A stretch of 64,000 nt of DNA from Bacteroidales bacterium (GCA_019038645.1 JAHOYT010000011.1:63909-127908), one strand, 5' to 3'. Positions 33,810 to 43,261 are shown, numbered from the stretch's first letter. Notes: generated by a model not told the origin, from the sequence alone. Numbers and translations: made by a program.

Positions 33810-34403
33810 ATGTTTATTCCGAACATTGACGATTATAACATCATTTTAGCTTCGCAGTCTCCGCGAAGGCACTATTTGTTAAAAGAAATTGGGCTCGAAT
33901 TTGAAATTAAGCTAAAGGAATTCGTTGATGAAGATTATCCTGAAAATCTAAAAAAAGAAGAAATCCCTCTTTTTATTGCTAAAAAGAAAGCAAATGTTTT
34001 CGATAATGATCTGTCTGAACATGATATTTTGATAACAGCAGACACTATTGTGTGGCTAAACGACAAGGTTATACAAAAGCCAGTTGATCAGGAAGATGCT
34101 CTAAGAATATTAAAAGAACTTTCGGGTAAATGTCACCAGGTTTATACAGGAGTTTGCATAAAATCGGCGGTAAAAGAAATTTCATTTACTTCCTGTACCG
34201 ATGTTTATTTTAAAAAATTAACATACCCCGAAATAGATTATTACATTAAGCACTTTCAGCCATTAGATAAGGCAGGCGCGTATGGCATTCAGGAATGGAT
34301 TGGTTATATTGGAGTAGAAAAGATTAATGGTTCCTTTTTTAATGTTATGGGATTGCCTGTGCAGAAGTTATACTCGGAATTAGACGATTTTATTAATAGT
34401 TAA
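33810..34403 (+). CDS. maf: Maf-like nucleoside triphosphate pyrophosphatase
   Basis: ILASQSPRR, TADTIV and KAGAYGIQE motifs. Confidence 0.9.
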   Translation: MFIPNIDDYNIILASQSPRRHYLLKEIGLEFEIKLKEFVDEDYPENLKKEEIPLFIAKKKANVFDNDLSEHDILITADTIVWLNDKVIQKPVDQEDALRILKELSGKCHQVYTGVCIKSAVKEISFTSCTDVYFKKLTYPEIDYYIKHFQPLDKAGAYGIQEWIGYIGVEKINGSFFNVMGLPVQKLYSELDDFINS

Positions 34404-34415
34404 TCAGAATTAAAT

Positions 34416-36551
34416 ATGAAAAAGTTTTTTGTGATAGTCGTTATCACTTTGTCAGTAATTACTTTTAGAGCAAGCGCTGATGAAGGAATGTGGATTCCTT
34501 TGTTAATAGAGAAATATAATATTGATGATATGCAGGCTAAAGGTTTTAAACTTACTGCAGAAGATATTTATAGTATAAATAATGCATGTTTGATAGATGC
34601 AGTAGTTTTGTTTGGCAGAGGCTGTACAGGTGAATTAATTTCTGATCAGGGGCTTCTATTAACGAATCATCATTGTGGTTATGGGGCAATTCAAAAACAT
34701 AGTTCTGTTGAACTTGATTATCTTACCGATGGGTTTTGGGCTATGAATAATGAGCAGGAATTACCAAACCCTGATTTAACTGTAAAATTCCTTAAACGTA
34801 TTGCTGATGTAACAGATATTGTTTTAGCTGATATTGGCGAAAATTTATTAGAGAATGAACGAGCGTATTCTATTGAAGAGAATATAAAAAAAATCGAAAA
34901 TAATATAAGTGGCGGGGAATACATTAATAGTATTGAATCTTTTTTTTATGGAAATCAATATTATTTGTTTGTATACGAAGAATTTAAAGATGTGCGTTTA
35001 GTAGGTGCACCTCCGTCTGCTATCGGGAAATTTGGTGGCGATACCGACAATTGGATGTGGCCACGACATACAGGAGATTTTTCAGTTTTCAGAATTTATG
35101 CTGATAAAGACAATAGTCCGGCAGAATATGCTATTGATAATGTACCTTATAAACCCAAAAAATATTTATCGGTTTCTTTAAAAGGTATAAACGAGGGTGA
35201 TTTTACATTGGTTTTGGGATATCCCGGTAGTACAAAAGAGTATATCATATCCGACGCCATTAAACAGATTAAAGAAATTCGTAATCCCAAATGCATCGAA
35301 TTACGGAATAAGAGACTTGAAATAATGAACAAATACATGGATACGAATGATACAATTCGTATTAAATATGCTGGTAAAAATGCCAGAGTAAGTAATTCAT
35401 GGAAAAGATGGAAAGGAGAGATTGTTGGACTTGAAAGGTTAAATGCCATTGAAACCAAAAGCAAACTCGAAAAAAAATTTAATAAATGGGCAACCGGAAA
35501 TGAATATGCAAATGTAATTCCTGAATTAGAAAGTATTTACGAAAGAATGGAGAAATATACAATTGCATATGATTATTATAAAGAGTCAATAATGGCTATT
35601 GAAATAATTCGTTTTGCAGAGAAGTTTAAAGAATTAATAGAAATAGCATCTTTTTCTGAAATTGATAGTCTGACACTGGAAATTAAAATTCAGGAATTAG
35701 AAAAACAATCTGAAGCTTTTTATAAAGATTATGTTGAATTTATCGATAAAGAAATTTTTTACGAACTCCTTCCAATGTATTTTAATAATGTTGCCCCGGA
35801 ATTTCATCCGGAAATAATTGATGTGGGGTTTGAAGGCGATTATATGAAGTTTATTGAAAGCCTTTTCATAAATTCGATTTTTACCCAGGAAGATGAAATA
35901 GATAAAATATTAATATCAGGATCAGCAGAAAGTATTCAACAGCTGGTTAACGATCCTGTTTATAAGTTTCTTGACAGATTCGGTAAAGTGTACAGTGAGA
36001 AAATCTTACCTTATTACGATTCTTTAAATGCTCAAACCAATATACTGTACAGAAAATACATTAAAGGCCTGAGTAAAATGCAAAATGACAACATTTTATA
36101 TCCTGATGCAAATTTAACAATGCGTGTATCCTATGGTGAAATAAAAGGTTCGCAACCGAAGGATGGTGTAAAATATGTGTATTATACAACGCTCGATGGA
36201 GTTATGGAAAAGGATAATCCGGATATTTACGATTATGATGTTCCTGATAAACTAAAGGAATTGTTCGAATCAAAAGATTATGGTATTTATGAAGTTAATG
36301 GTACTGTTCCTGTATGTTTTATTGCTACAAATCATACTACAGGAGGGAATTCTGGTAGCCCGGTTTTAGATGCAGAAGGAAATTTGATCGGGATAAATTT
36401 TGATCGTGTATGGGAAGGAATAATGAGTGATATGGTATTTGATCCTGAACAAAGTAGAAATATATCACTTGATATCCGATACATACTGTTTATTATTGAT
36501 AAATATGCAGGCGCAAAATACCTGATTGATGAAATGAACATCATAAAATAA
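34416..36551 (+). CDS. S46-family dipeptidyl-peptidase (DPP7/DPP11-like)
   Basis: Signal peptide then DEGMWIP, TNHHCGY (His) and GGNSGSPVLD (Ser). 711 aa. Confidence 0.9.
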   Translation: MKKFFVIVVITLSVITFRASADEGMWIPLLIEKYNIDDMQAKGFKLTAEDIYSINNACLIDAVVLFGRGCTGELISDQGLLLTNHHCGYGAIQKHSSVELDYLTDGFWAMNNEQELPNPDLTVKFLKRIADVTDIVLADIGENLLENERAYSIEENIKKIENNISGGEYINSIESFFYGNQYYLFVYEEFKDVRLVGAPPSAIGKFGGDTDNWMWPRHTGDFSVFRIYADKDNSPAEYAIDNVPYKPKKYLSVSLKGINEGDFTLVLGYPGSTKEYIISDAIKQIKEIRNPKCIELRNKRLEIMNKYMDTNDTIRIKYAGKNARVSNSWKRWKGEIVGLERLNAIETKSKLEKKFNKWATGNEYANVIPELESIYERMEKYTIAYDYYKESIMAIEIIRFAEKFKELIEIASFSEIDSLTLEIKIQELEKQSEAFYKDYVEFIDKEIFYELLPMYFNNVAPEFHPEIIDVGFEGDYMKFIESLFINSIFTQEDEIDKILISGSAESIQQLVNDPVYKFLDRFGKVYSEKILPYYDSLNAQTNILYRKYIKGLSKMQNDNILYPDANLTMRVSYGEIKGSQPKDGVKYVYYTTLDGVMEKDNPDIYDYDVPDKLKELFESKDYGIYEVNGTVPVCFIATNHTTGGNSGSPVLDAEGNLIGINFDRVWEGIMSDMVFDPEQSRNISLDIRYILFIIDKYAGAKYLIDEMNIIK

Positions 36552-36729
36552 TACAACATTTTATTTGAATGTAAGGATTCTCTTAAAAAATTCTGCAAAT
36601 TAATCTGTTCGTGTAAATAAGAATTTGAGTATTTAAAAATTGAAACACAGCTTTCAGTCCTATATGTTTGTCAACACATAAATTCCTATAATTCTTAAAA
36701 TCAGAATATTGAATACAGGCAAAAATCAA

Positions 36730-36749
36730 AGTATGACTATTGTCATACT
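36730..36749. promoter_or_regulatory. Palindromic candidate operator upstream of the [FeFe]-hydrogenase operon
   Basis: AGTATGAC-TATT-GTCATACT. TGTCAT recurs twice more within the next 90 nt. Confidence 0.25.
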
Positions 36750-36882
36750 TCTGTCTAAGAAATGTCATGTTCTTTTGCATCTATGAATTCTATTTTTATT
36801 TCCTAAAATAGATGCTTTGAAAGTAATTCAGTGTCATGAAAATGATGCAGTTATAAAAATAATTAAATAAAACTATATCAAA

Positions 36883-37350
36883 ATGCCAGAAATTAAAGAA
36901 TTAGTTACGGGTTTAGCTGACAAACATGGAAGAACAAGAGAAAGCTTGCTTCCGATTTTGCAAGGTATTATTACTGAGGAAAGATTCATTTCAGATGATG
37001 CATTGACAGAGGTCGCAAGAGAGTTGGACATATCTGCCGCACTTGTTTATGGTACTGCAACATTCTATTCGTTCCTTGATACAAAGCCCCGCGGGAAATT
37101 TGTAATTCGTATTTGCAGAACAATTACATGCGATATGAAAGGGAAAAAGCAAATTATTAATACCCTGGAAGATCTACTTAAAATCAGGGTTGGTGAAACA
37201 ACAAAAGATAAGAATTTTACTCTTTTAGAGACTAACTGCCTTGGTTGGTGTCATAAAGGTCCGGCAATGCTTATTAATGATGATGTGTTCACTGAACTTA
37301 CTGAGGATAAAATTACCGAAATAATCCGTGATTATATGAGAAATATTTAA
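36883..37350 (+). CDS. [FeFe]-hydrogenase NuoE-like [2Fe-2S] subunit (HydC/HndA-like)
   Basis: Thioredoxin-like 2Fe-2S pattern C(RTITC)...C(LGWC); 155 aa; first gene of the hydrogenase operon. Confidence 0.85.
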   Translation: MPEIKELVTGLADKHGRTRESLLPILQGIITEERFISDDALTEVARELDISAALVYGTATFYSFLDTKPRGKFVIRICRTITCDMKGKKQIINTLEDLLKIRVGETTKDKNFTLLETNCLGWCHKGPAMLINDDVFTELTEDKITEIIRDYMRNI

Positions 37351-37379
37351 TTATCAATTTGTTAAAGGAGATTATAATT

Positions 37380-38543
37380 ATGCCAGATAAAAAATTAAAA
37401 AGAGTAGACATTATTTTTAACGAAGATTGTAACTGTAATGAAGTACTCACGAATAGTCTGAAGAAATCGAAAGATGAAATCCTTAAAGAGATTTTAGATT
37501 CAGGATTAAGAGGCCGTGGTGGAGCAGGTTTTCCTACAGGATTAAAATGGAAATTTGCTTCTCAGGAAGCTGAGAAAGAAAAATATGTTGTTTGTAACGC
37601 CGATGAAGGTGAGCCTGGAACATTTAAAGATCGTGAAATTTTAACAAGAGTTCCATTAAAGGTATTCGGAGGTATGGCTATTTGTGCTAAAGTTATTGGT
37701 GCAAAACAAGGTTACGTATATTTAAGGGGTGAGTACCAATTCTTAAAAGCCGATTTAGAAAAATCTTTGGAAGAGTTTCATGCTGTTCTGAAGGATATAG
37801 GGTTTGATTTTCAGATTAAAATTACCATGGGTGCAGGAGCTTATATTTGTGGCGAAGAAAGCGCTTTATTTGAATCAATGGAAGGTAACCGGGGTGAACC
37901 AAGAAATAAACCACCTTACCCAACAGTTTCAGGTTTTAGAAATAAACCAACTGTTATCAATAATGTAGAAACTCTTGTCGATTCATTTATGATTTGCAGA
38001 ATTGGGTCACAAAAGTTTATGGAGCTGGGAACTACTGACTCAAGAGGTTCAAAGCTATTCTCAATCTCAGGAGATACACCAATAGCAGGAATATATGAAT
38101 TGGAGTTAGGTATGGCATTAGAAGATTTCGTTGAGGAGTTTGGTGATGGCGATACTAAAGCTGTTCAGGTTGGTGGTGCATCAGGTTTTTGTGTACCAAG
38201 AAAAAAATTCAAAGAAACTATTATTGGATTTGAAGGTGTTCCAACAGGAGGTTCTATGATGCTTTTCAATAGCTCCAGATCAATGTATAACGTATTAAAG
38301 AATTATGTTGAATTTTTTGAAGAAGAATCTTGTGGTCAATGTACTCCTTGCCGTGTAGGTTGCCAACAACTTAAAAAGGGAATTGAAGCTATTAAGAAAG
38401 GCGAAAAATCAGCTTCTTATCTTAAAACATTACAAAAACTGGCAGAAACAATGAAAGTTAGTTCTAAATGTGGTTTAGGTCAGTCAGTTGCTAATTCATT
38501 TTCTTCAATTGTTGACAACTTTAAAGAAGAAATGATTTACTAA
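37380..38543 (+). CDS. [FeFe]-hydrogenase NuoF-like NAD(H)/FMN subunit (HydB-like, minimal form)
   Basis: GRGGAGFPTGLKW (FMN), GAGAYICGEESAL, ESCGQCTPCRVG (N3 cluster). ATG at 37380 follows AAGGAG. No N- or C-terminal ferredoxin domains. Confidence 0.88.
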   Translation: MPDKKLKRVDIIFNEDCNCNEVLTNSLKKSKDEILKEILDSGLRGRGGAGFPTGLKWKFASQEAEKEKYVVCNADEGEPGTFKDREILTRVPLKVFGGMAICAKVIGAKQGYVYLRGEYQFLKADLEKSLEEFHAVLKDIGFDFQIKITMGAGAYICGEESALFESMEGNRGEPRNKPPYPTVSGFRNKPTVINNVETLVDSFMICRIGSQKFMELGTTDSRGSKLFSISGDTPIAGIYELELGMALEDFVEEFGDGDTKAVQVGGASGFCVPRKKFKETIIGFEGVPTGGSMMLFNSSRSMYNVLKNYVEFFEEESCGQCTPCRVGCQQLKKGIEAIKKGEKSASYLKTLQKLAETMKVSSKCGLGQSVANSFSSIVDNFKEEMIY

Positions 38544-38582
38544 AGAAATTATTGTAATAAAAATAAAATTAAGAATAAAAAC

Positions 38583-40373
38583 ATGGCTAATACTGTAAAT
38601 ATAAAAATAGACGGAATCGATGTAAGTGTTGAGGCTGGTAAAACTGTTCTTGATGCTGCAAAGAAATTAAATATACATATTCCAACTCTTTGTTATCACG
38701 AAGATTTATGTGTAGCCGGAAATTGCAGAGTATGCGTAGTTGAACAGGAAGGTGTTAACAACCTTGTTGCTTCATGTGCAATACCTGCTCAGAAAGGAAT
38801 GGTTATTCATACAAATTCACATAAAGTAAGAAACGCACGTAGACACGTAGTTGAATTATTGCTTTCAGAACATAATGCTGATTGTACAAAGTGTTATAAA
38901 AATACAAAATGTGAATTACAGGATCTGGCAAGCGAAATGGTAATCAATGAGCATATGTTTATGGATCTTGTACCTGATAAGAACTATACAACAGACAAGC
39001 AGTCACCTTCAATTATTAAAGATGATAGCAAATGTATTCGTTGTCAACGTTGTGTTAGAACTTGTCATGATTTGCAGCATGTAAGTGCATTGGGAGTCGC
39101 TTACAAAGGCGATCATATGAAGATTTCTACTTTCTTCGAACATCCTATGTATGAAGTGGTTTGTACTAATTGCGGTCAGTGTGTAAACCGTTGTCCAACA
39201 GGAGCATTAATCGAGAAAAATTACCTTGATGAGGTTTGGGACGCTATTTATGATGAAGATAAACATGTTATAGTGCAAACTGCTCCGGCTACCCGTATTG
39301 CGTTAGGTGAAGATTTGGGTATGGAATCAGGTAGTATTGTAACTGGTAAAATGGCTGCATCTCTAAGGCGTCTGGGCTTTGATTCAGTACTTGACACTGA
39401 CTTTTCTGCAGATTTAACAATCATGGAGGAAGGAACTGAATTACTAACAAGACTTAAAAAAGCATTAGTTGATAAAGATACAAGCGTTAAGTTACCAATG
39501 TTCACTTCTTGCTCACCTGGTTGGGTAAAGTTTTTAGAACATACATATCCTGATTATCTCGATAACCTTTCTACTTGTAAATCTCCCCAGCAAATGTTTG
39601 GTGCACTTGCAAAAACATATTATGCCGAAAAGAAAGGTCTTGACCCCGATAAAATTGTTTGTGTATCTATTATGCCTTGTACTGCTAAGAAATTTGAAGC
39701 TAACAGACCGGAAATGAGAGATAGTGGTTATCAGGATGTTGATATGGGTCTTACAACAAGAGAATTAGCTGTAATGATTAAACAAGCCGGAATTGATTTT
39801 CAGGAACTTCCTGATGAAAAATTCGATAGTTTAATGGGAGAATCATCAGGTGCAGCCGTAATTTTTGGTGCTACAGGTGGTGTTATGGAAGCTGCGCTTC
39901 GTACAGCTTATGAAATTGTAACCGGAAGAGAGGTTCCATTCAAAAACTTAAATATTACTGCTGTACGTGGTATGGAAGGTGTTCGTGAAGCAAATATTAA
40001 GCTCGAAAATGTTTTACCAGCCTGGAGCTTTTTGGAGGGCGTAGAGTTAAAAACAGCTGTTGCTCATGGTTTAACGAATGCGCACCAAATAATGGAAGCT
40101 ATTCATAAAGGCGAAGCAAATTATCACTTTGTCGAGGTAATGGGATGTCCGGGTGGATGTATTGGTGGTGGAGGCCAACCAATTCCTACAACTCCCGAGA
40201 TTCGAAGAAAACGAGCTGAAGCAATTTATCGCGAAGATGAGGGAATGGCTGTACGTAAGTCTCATGAAAATCCTGAAGTTCAGCAAATTTATAGGGAATT
40301 CCTTGGAGAACCTCTCAGTGATAAATCACATTGGTTATTACATACTCATTACGTTAAAAGAAAGAGAGTTTAA
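38583..40373 (+). CDS. hydA: [FeFe]-hydrogenase catalytic subunit (HydA, M3-type)
   Basis: N-terminal 2Fe-2S and F-cluster Cys motifs. H-cluster motifs FTSCSPGW (variant of TSCCPxW), MPCTAKKFE and EVMGCPGGCIGGGGQP. Confidence 0.92.
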   Translation: MANTVNIKIDGIDVSVEAGKTVLDAAKKLNIHIPTLCYHEDLCVAGNCRVCVVEQEGVNNLVASCAIPAQKGMVIHTNSHKVRNARRHVVELLLSEHNADCTKCYKNTKCELQDLASEMVINEHMFMDLVPDKNYTTDKQSPSIIKDDSKCIRCQRCVRTCHDLQHVSALGVAYKGDHMKISTFFEHPMYEVVCTNCGQCVNRCPTGALIEKNYLDEVWDAIYDEDKHVIVQTAPATRIALGEDLGMESGSIVTGKMAASLRRLGFDSVLDTDFSADLTIMEEGTELLTRLKKALVDKDTSVKLPMFTSCSPGWVKFLEHTYPDYLDNLSTCKSPQQMFGALAKTYYAEKKGLDPDKIVCVSIMPCTAKKFEANRPEMRDSGYQDVDMGLTTRELAVMIKQAGIDFQELPDEKFDSLMGESSGAAVIFGATGGVMEAALRTAYEIVTGREVPFKNLNITAVRGMEGVREANIKLENVLPAWSFLEGVELKTAVAHGLTNAHQIMEAIHKGEANYHFVEVMGCPGGCIGGGGQPIPTTPEIRRKRAEAIYREDEGMAVRKSHENPEVQQIYREFLGEPLSDKSHWLLHTHYVKRKRV

Positions 40374-40392
40374 TTATATCTCAATATATTTT

Positions 40393-40421
40393 AAAAGGAT
40401 AGCATTTTGCTATCCTTTTTT
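40393..40421 (+). terminator. Rho-independent terminator after hydA
   Basis: AAAAGGATAGCA-TTT-TGCTATCCTTTT followed by extra Ts. Confidence 0.8.
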
Positions 40422-40642
40422 ATTCAATAAAAGGATTGAAAATGCTGGCTATTATTTGTGGATTGATCAATTTTTGTATCTTTGGTAGCTATAAAATATT
40501 TGATATTAGTTCAGTTCATTTACTACATTTCATTTAATATTTGTGAAACCCCAGAAGAGACTTTCAATTTATTGAAGGAAAAAGAATATTAAGATTTAGG
40601 TTTTTGAACTAATGAAATTATAAATTTAAAAATACTTTAATA

Positions 40643-41023
40643 ATGGAAACAATTTCAATGATTGGTGCAACAATTGTGACACTTGCCTTAATTTCATATT
40701 CCGTTGGTGTTATTGCCGAACAAAAACAAAAGCGGATTATCAAAACAGTTTTGATTTTTATCACACTTGGAATAGTACTCGATGTAACAGCAACCATTTG
40801 TATGATAGTGGGCTCATCAAATACTCCATTTACTTTGCATGGTTTTCTTGGGTATTCCGCTTTAGTTGCTATGCTAATTGACGTGATACTGATCTGGAAA
40901 TTTTATAATAAAAACGGTTCAGGTGCTGATGTGCCGCGATCCTTACATTTATATACTTTAATCGCCTATTTGTGGTGGGTTATTGCTTATATTACCGGAA
41001 GTGCTCTTGTTATGATCAAATAA
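40643..41023 (+). CDS. Small 4-TM membrane protein (possibly HsmA/TIGR03987-like)
   Basis: 126 aa, four hydrophobic helices, His residues inside helices (FTLHGFLGY, SLHLYT). The family name is a weak recollection. Confidence 0.4.
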   Translation: METISMIGATIVTLALISYSVGVIAEQKQKRIIKTVLIFITLGIVLDVTATICMIVGSSNTPFTLHGFLGYSALVAMLIDVILIWKFYNKNGSGADVPRSLHLYTLIAYLWWVIAYITGSALVMIK

Positions 41024-41057
41024 TTTTTGAAATTATCAGGACGCATCATTAGAAGTA

Positions 41058-41071
41058 TTGATAATTATCAA
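41058..41071. promoter_or_regulatory. Perfect FNR/CRP-type box TTGAT-N4-ATCAA upstream of the ImcH-like gene
   Basis: TTGATAATTATCAA, centred about 90 nt upstream of the ATG at 41155. Confidence 0.55.
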
Positions 41072-41154
41072 TGCACTAAAAATTAGCATGTTGTAAATTG
41101 GTTTTAATTAGCAATATTCGTAACTTGAAAGTATAATTATACAAACTTTCGGTT

Positions 41155-42657
41155 ATGAAATTACCTCGATCATATTATAATTTGCTATCCTTTATTGGTA
41201 CTACAATAGCAGGAATAAGCCTGTTCATGATTCTTTATCTTTTTGCTGTTTCTTTCTTTTTTGAAAGAACCAGCTCCTATTTAGGGTTATTCATTTATAT
41301 TATTGTACCTGTTTTTATGGTATTTGGCCTTATCTTAATCCCCCTGGGGATGTCAATCGAGATAAGAAAAAGAAAAAAGAAAGGCAAAGAATATCTTCAA
41401 AAAGCGTGGCCTGTAATTGACCTGAATATTTCCAGGTATCGTAATGCTATTATCATATTCTCAATTGGCTCATTATTCTTTCTTTTTTTAACTGGAGTTG
41501 GTAGTTATGAGGCATTTCACTATACAGAATCAGTCGAATTTTGCGGTAAATTGTGCCATGAAGTTATGGAACCTGAGTATGTAGCTTACCAAAATTCATC
41601 ACATTCACGGGTAGCTTGTGTTGATTGTCATGTTGGTTCCGGTGCAGATTGGTATATGAGATCAAAACTATCTGGTTTAAGACAGGTGTATGCCGTGTTA
41701 ACCGATAATTTTTCCCGCCCTATTGAAACTCCGGTAAAAGATTTAAGGCCGGCCAGAGAAACATGTGAAGAATGCCACTGGCCTCTGAAGTTCTATGAAA
41801 GGCGATTAAGACATTCTAAGCATTATTTAACCGACAGTCTGAATACAGAATTGAACATTAGTATGCAAATGAAAATTGGTCCAACTCATAGTGCTCTTGG
41901 TCTGACTGAAGGTATTCACTGGCACATAAATCCTGATGTGAAAATCGAGTATATATCAAGAAATGATGACAGGGAAAATATACCATGGGTAAAATATACA
42001 AATCTTGCCGATAAAACAGTAACAATTTATGAAGATATCAGGGAGCCTTTGAAGCAAGTGAATATCGAATCGTCTGTTACCAGAGAAATGGATTGTATTG
42101 ACTGTCACAACAGACCATCACATCATTATTTAACACCACAGGAATTTGTTGACAATGCTATTGCTTCGGGAGTTATTCCTCAGGATTTACCTTTTATTAA
42201 GAAAATTGCAATGGATTTATTTATTGAACCTTTTGAGAGAAGTGATACTGCTCTTGTTGTAATAGAAAATCATATAAATGAATTTTATAAGAGTTACAAT
42301 TCATTGAATAAAGAGCTTCTTACTAACAAAATAGACAATGCAATAAATGGATTGCAAGAAGGTTTTAGTACGAATATTTTTCCCGAAATGGGAGTTAGCT
42401 GGGATGAATATCCAGATCATATAGGACACAAGACATATAACGGTTGCTTTAGATGTCATAGTGACAATCATGTTAGTAAAGAGGGTCAAACAATAAGTAA
42501 AGATTGTAATCTTTGTCATACCATTGTAATGCAGGGAAGAGTAGGAGAAGAATCAATAGCTTTTGTTAATGATTCTTTGGAATTTATACATCCTGTAGAT
42601 ATAGAAGGTGTTTGGAAAGAAGAACTATGTATGGAGTGCCACAGGTACTTATATTAA
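41155..42657 (+). CDS. Inner-membrane multihaem cytochrome c with NapC/NirT-like region (ImcH-like), 7 haem motifs
   Basis: Three N-terminal TM helices. Motifs: CGKLCH (CxxxCH), CVDCH, CEECH, CIDCH, CFRCH, CNLCH, CMECH. The NapC/NirT-like context FCGKLCHEVMEPEYVAYQNSSHSRVACVDCHVG is present. Confidence 0.75.
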   Translation: MKLPRSYYNLLSFIGTTIAGISLFMILYLFAVSFFFERTSSYLGLFIYIIVPVFMVFGLILIPLGMSIEIRKRKKKGKEYLQKAWPVIDLNISRYRNAIIIFSIGSLFFLFLTGVGSYEAFHYTESVEFCGKLCHEVMEPEYVAYQNSSHSRVACVDCHVGSGADWYMRSKLSGLRQVYAVLTDNFSRPIETPVKDLRPARETCEECHWPLKFYERRLRHSKHYLTDSLNTELNISMQMKIGPTHSALGLTEGIHWHINPDVKIEYISRNDDRENIPWVKYTNLADKTVTIYEDIREPLKQVNIESSVTREMDCIDCHNRPSHHYLTPQEFVDNAIASGVIPQDLPFIKKIAMDLFIEPFERSDTALVVIENHINEFYKSYNSLNKELLTNKIDNAINGLQEGFSTNIFPEMGVSWDEYPDHIGHKTYNGCFRCHSDNHVSKEGQTISKDCNLCHTIVMQGRVGEESIAFVNDSLEFIHPVDIEGVWKEELCMECHRYLY

Positions 42658-42683
42658 TTCATACCAGCTTATTAGTACACAAG

Positions 42684-42720
42684 AAAAACTCCTCAGTTCT
42701 GAATATACTGAGGAGTTTTT
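42684..42720. terminator. Bidirectional terminator between the ImcH-like gene and the tetrahaem gene
   Basis: AAAAACTCCTCAG ... CTGAGGAGTTTTT (13-bp stem flanked by A and T runs). Confidence 0.8.
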
Positions 42721-42739
42721 ATATAATTTGTAATGAGAT

Positions 42740-43261
42740 TTATTGTGTTAAAGGGTTTGGATGAGCGATTTTTGCTACAGCCTCTTCATAATTGAATTCT
42801 TTATAAGTAGGACTCTCTTCATTATGACATGTTACACAAACAGCTTCTACAGGTAAAATCAGGCCATTATCTAAACTCTTTTGCTGATCTTTCATAACAG
42901 ACATAGACTTATATTTACTTCCTGGTCCATGGCATGATTCACATGAAACACCTTCTTTGGCAGTAATTGTTAACATTAGATCTTCGCTGGCTGCATGATA
43001 AGTTGAGTGACACTTTAAACATTTTGGATCATTTTGTGGATCATCTGAGAATTTTTTTGATTCTTCGCTTGCCAATGTTTCATATGCTTTTGCATGAAGT
43101 TTACTTTTCCATGTGTCGTATTGTTTACCTTTTGCCTCTTTATTATGGCACATTTTACATTTCGCAGCACCAATATATTCATAATCTTGTGCCTTTGACA
43201 GACTAACTACAAGAAAAACAGAACAGGCAATTAATAATAATTTTTTTAAATTCATAATCAT
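42740..43261 (-). CDS. Periplasmic tetrahaem cytochrome c (c554-like family)
   Basis: Signal peptide plus CKMCH, CLKCH, CESCH (in GVSCESCHGPGS) and CVTCH. Confidence 0.8.
   Translation of the reverse strand: MIMNLKKLLLIACSVFLVVSLSKAQDYEYIGAAKCKMCHNKEAKGKQYDTWKSKLHAKAYETLASEESKKFSDDPQNDPKCLKCHSTYHAASEDLMLTITAKEGVSCESCHGPGSKYKSMSVMKDQQKSLDNGLILPVEAVCVTCHNEESPTYKEFNYEEAVAKIAHPNPLTQ

Noticed and set aside
36583-36780. 65-aa ORF in the hydrogenase leader region
   Set aside because: It has no signal, motif or plausible context, and its composition looks like AT-rich non-coding DNA. I treat the region as regulatory.
40153-40488. 111-aa ORF overlapping the 3' end of hydA and its terminator
   Set aside because: It is out of frame with hydA and runs through a strong terminator hairpin, so it is implausible.
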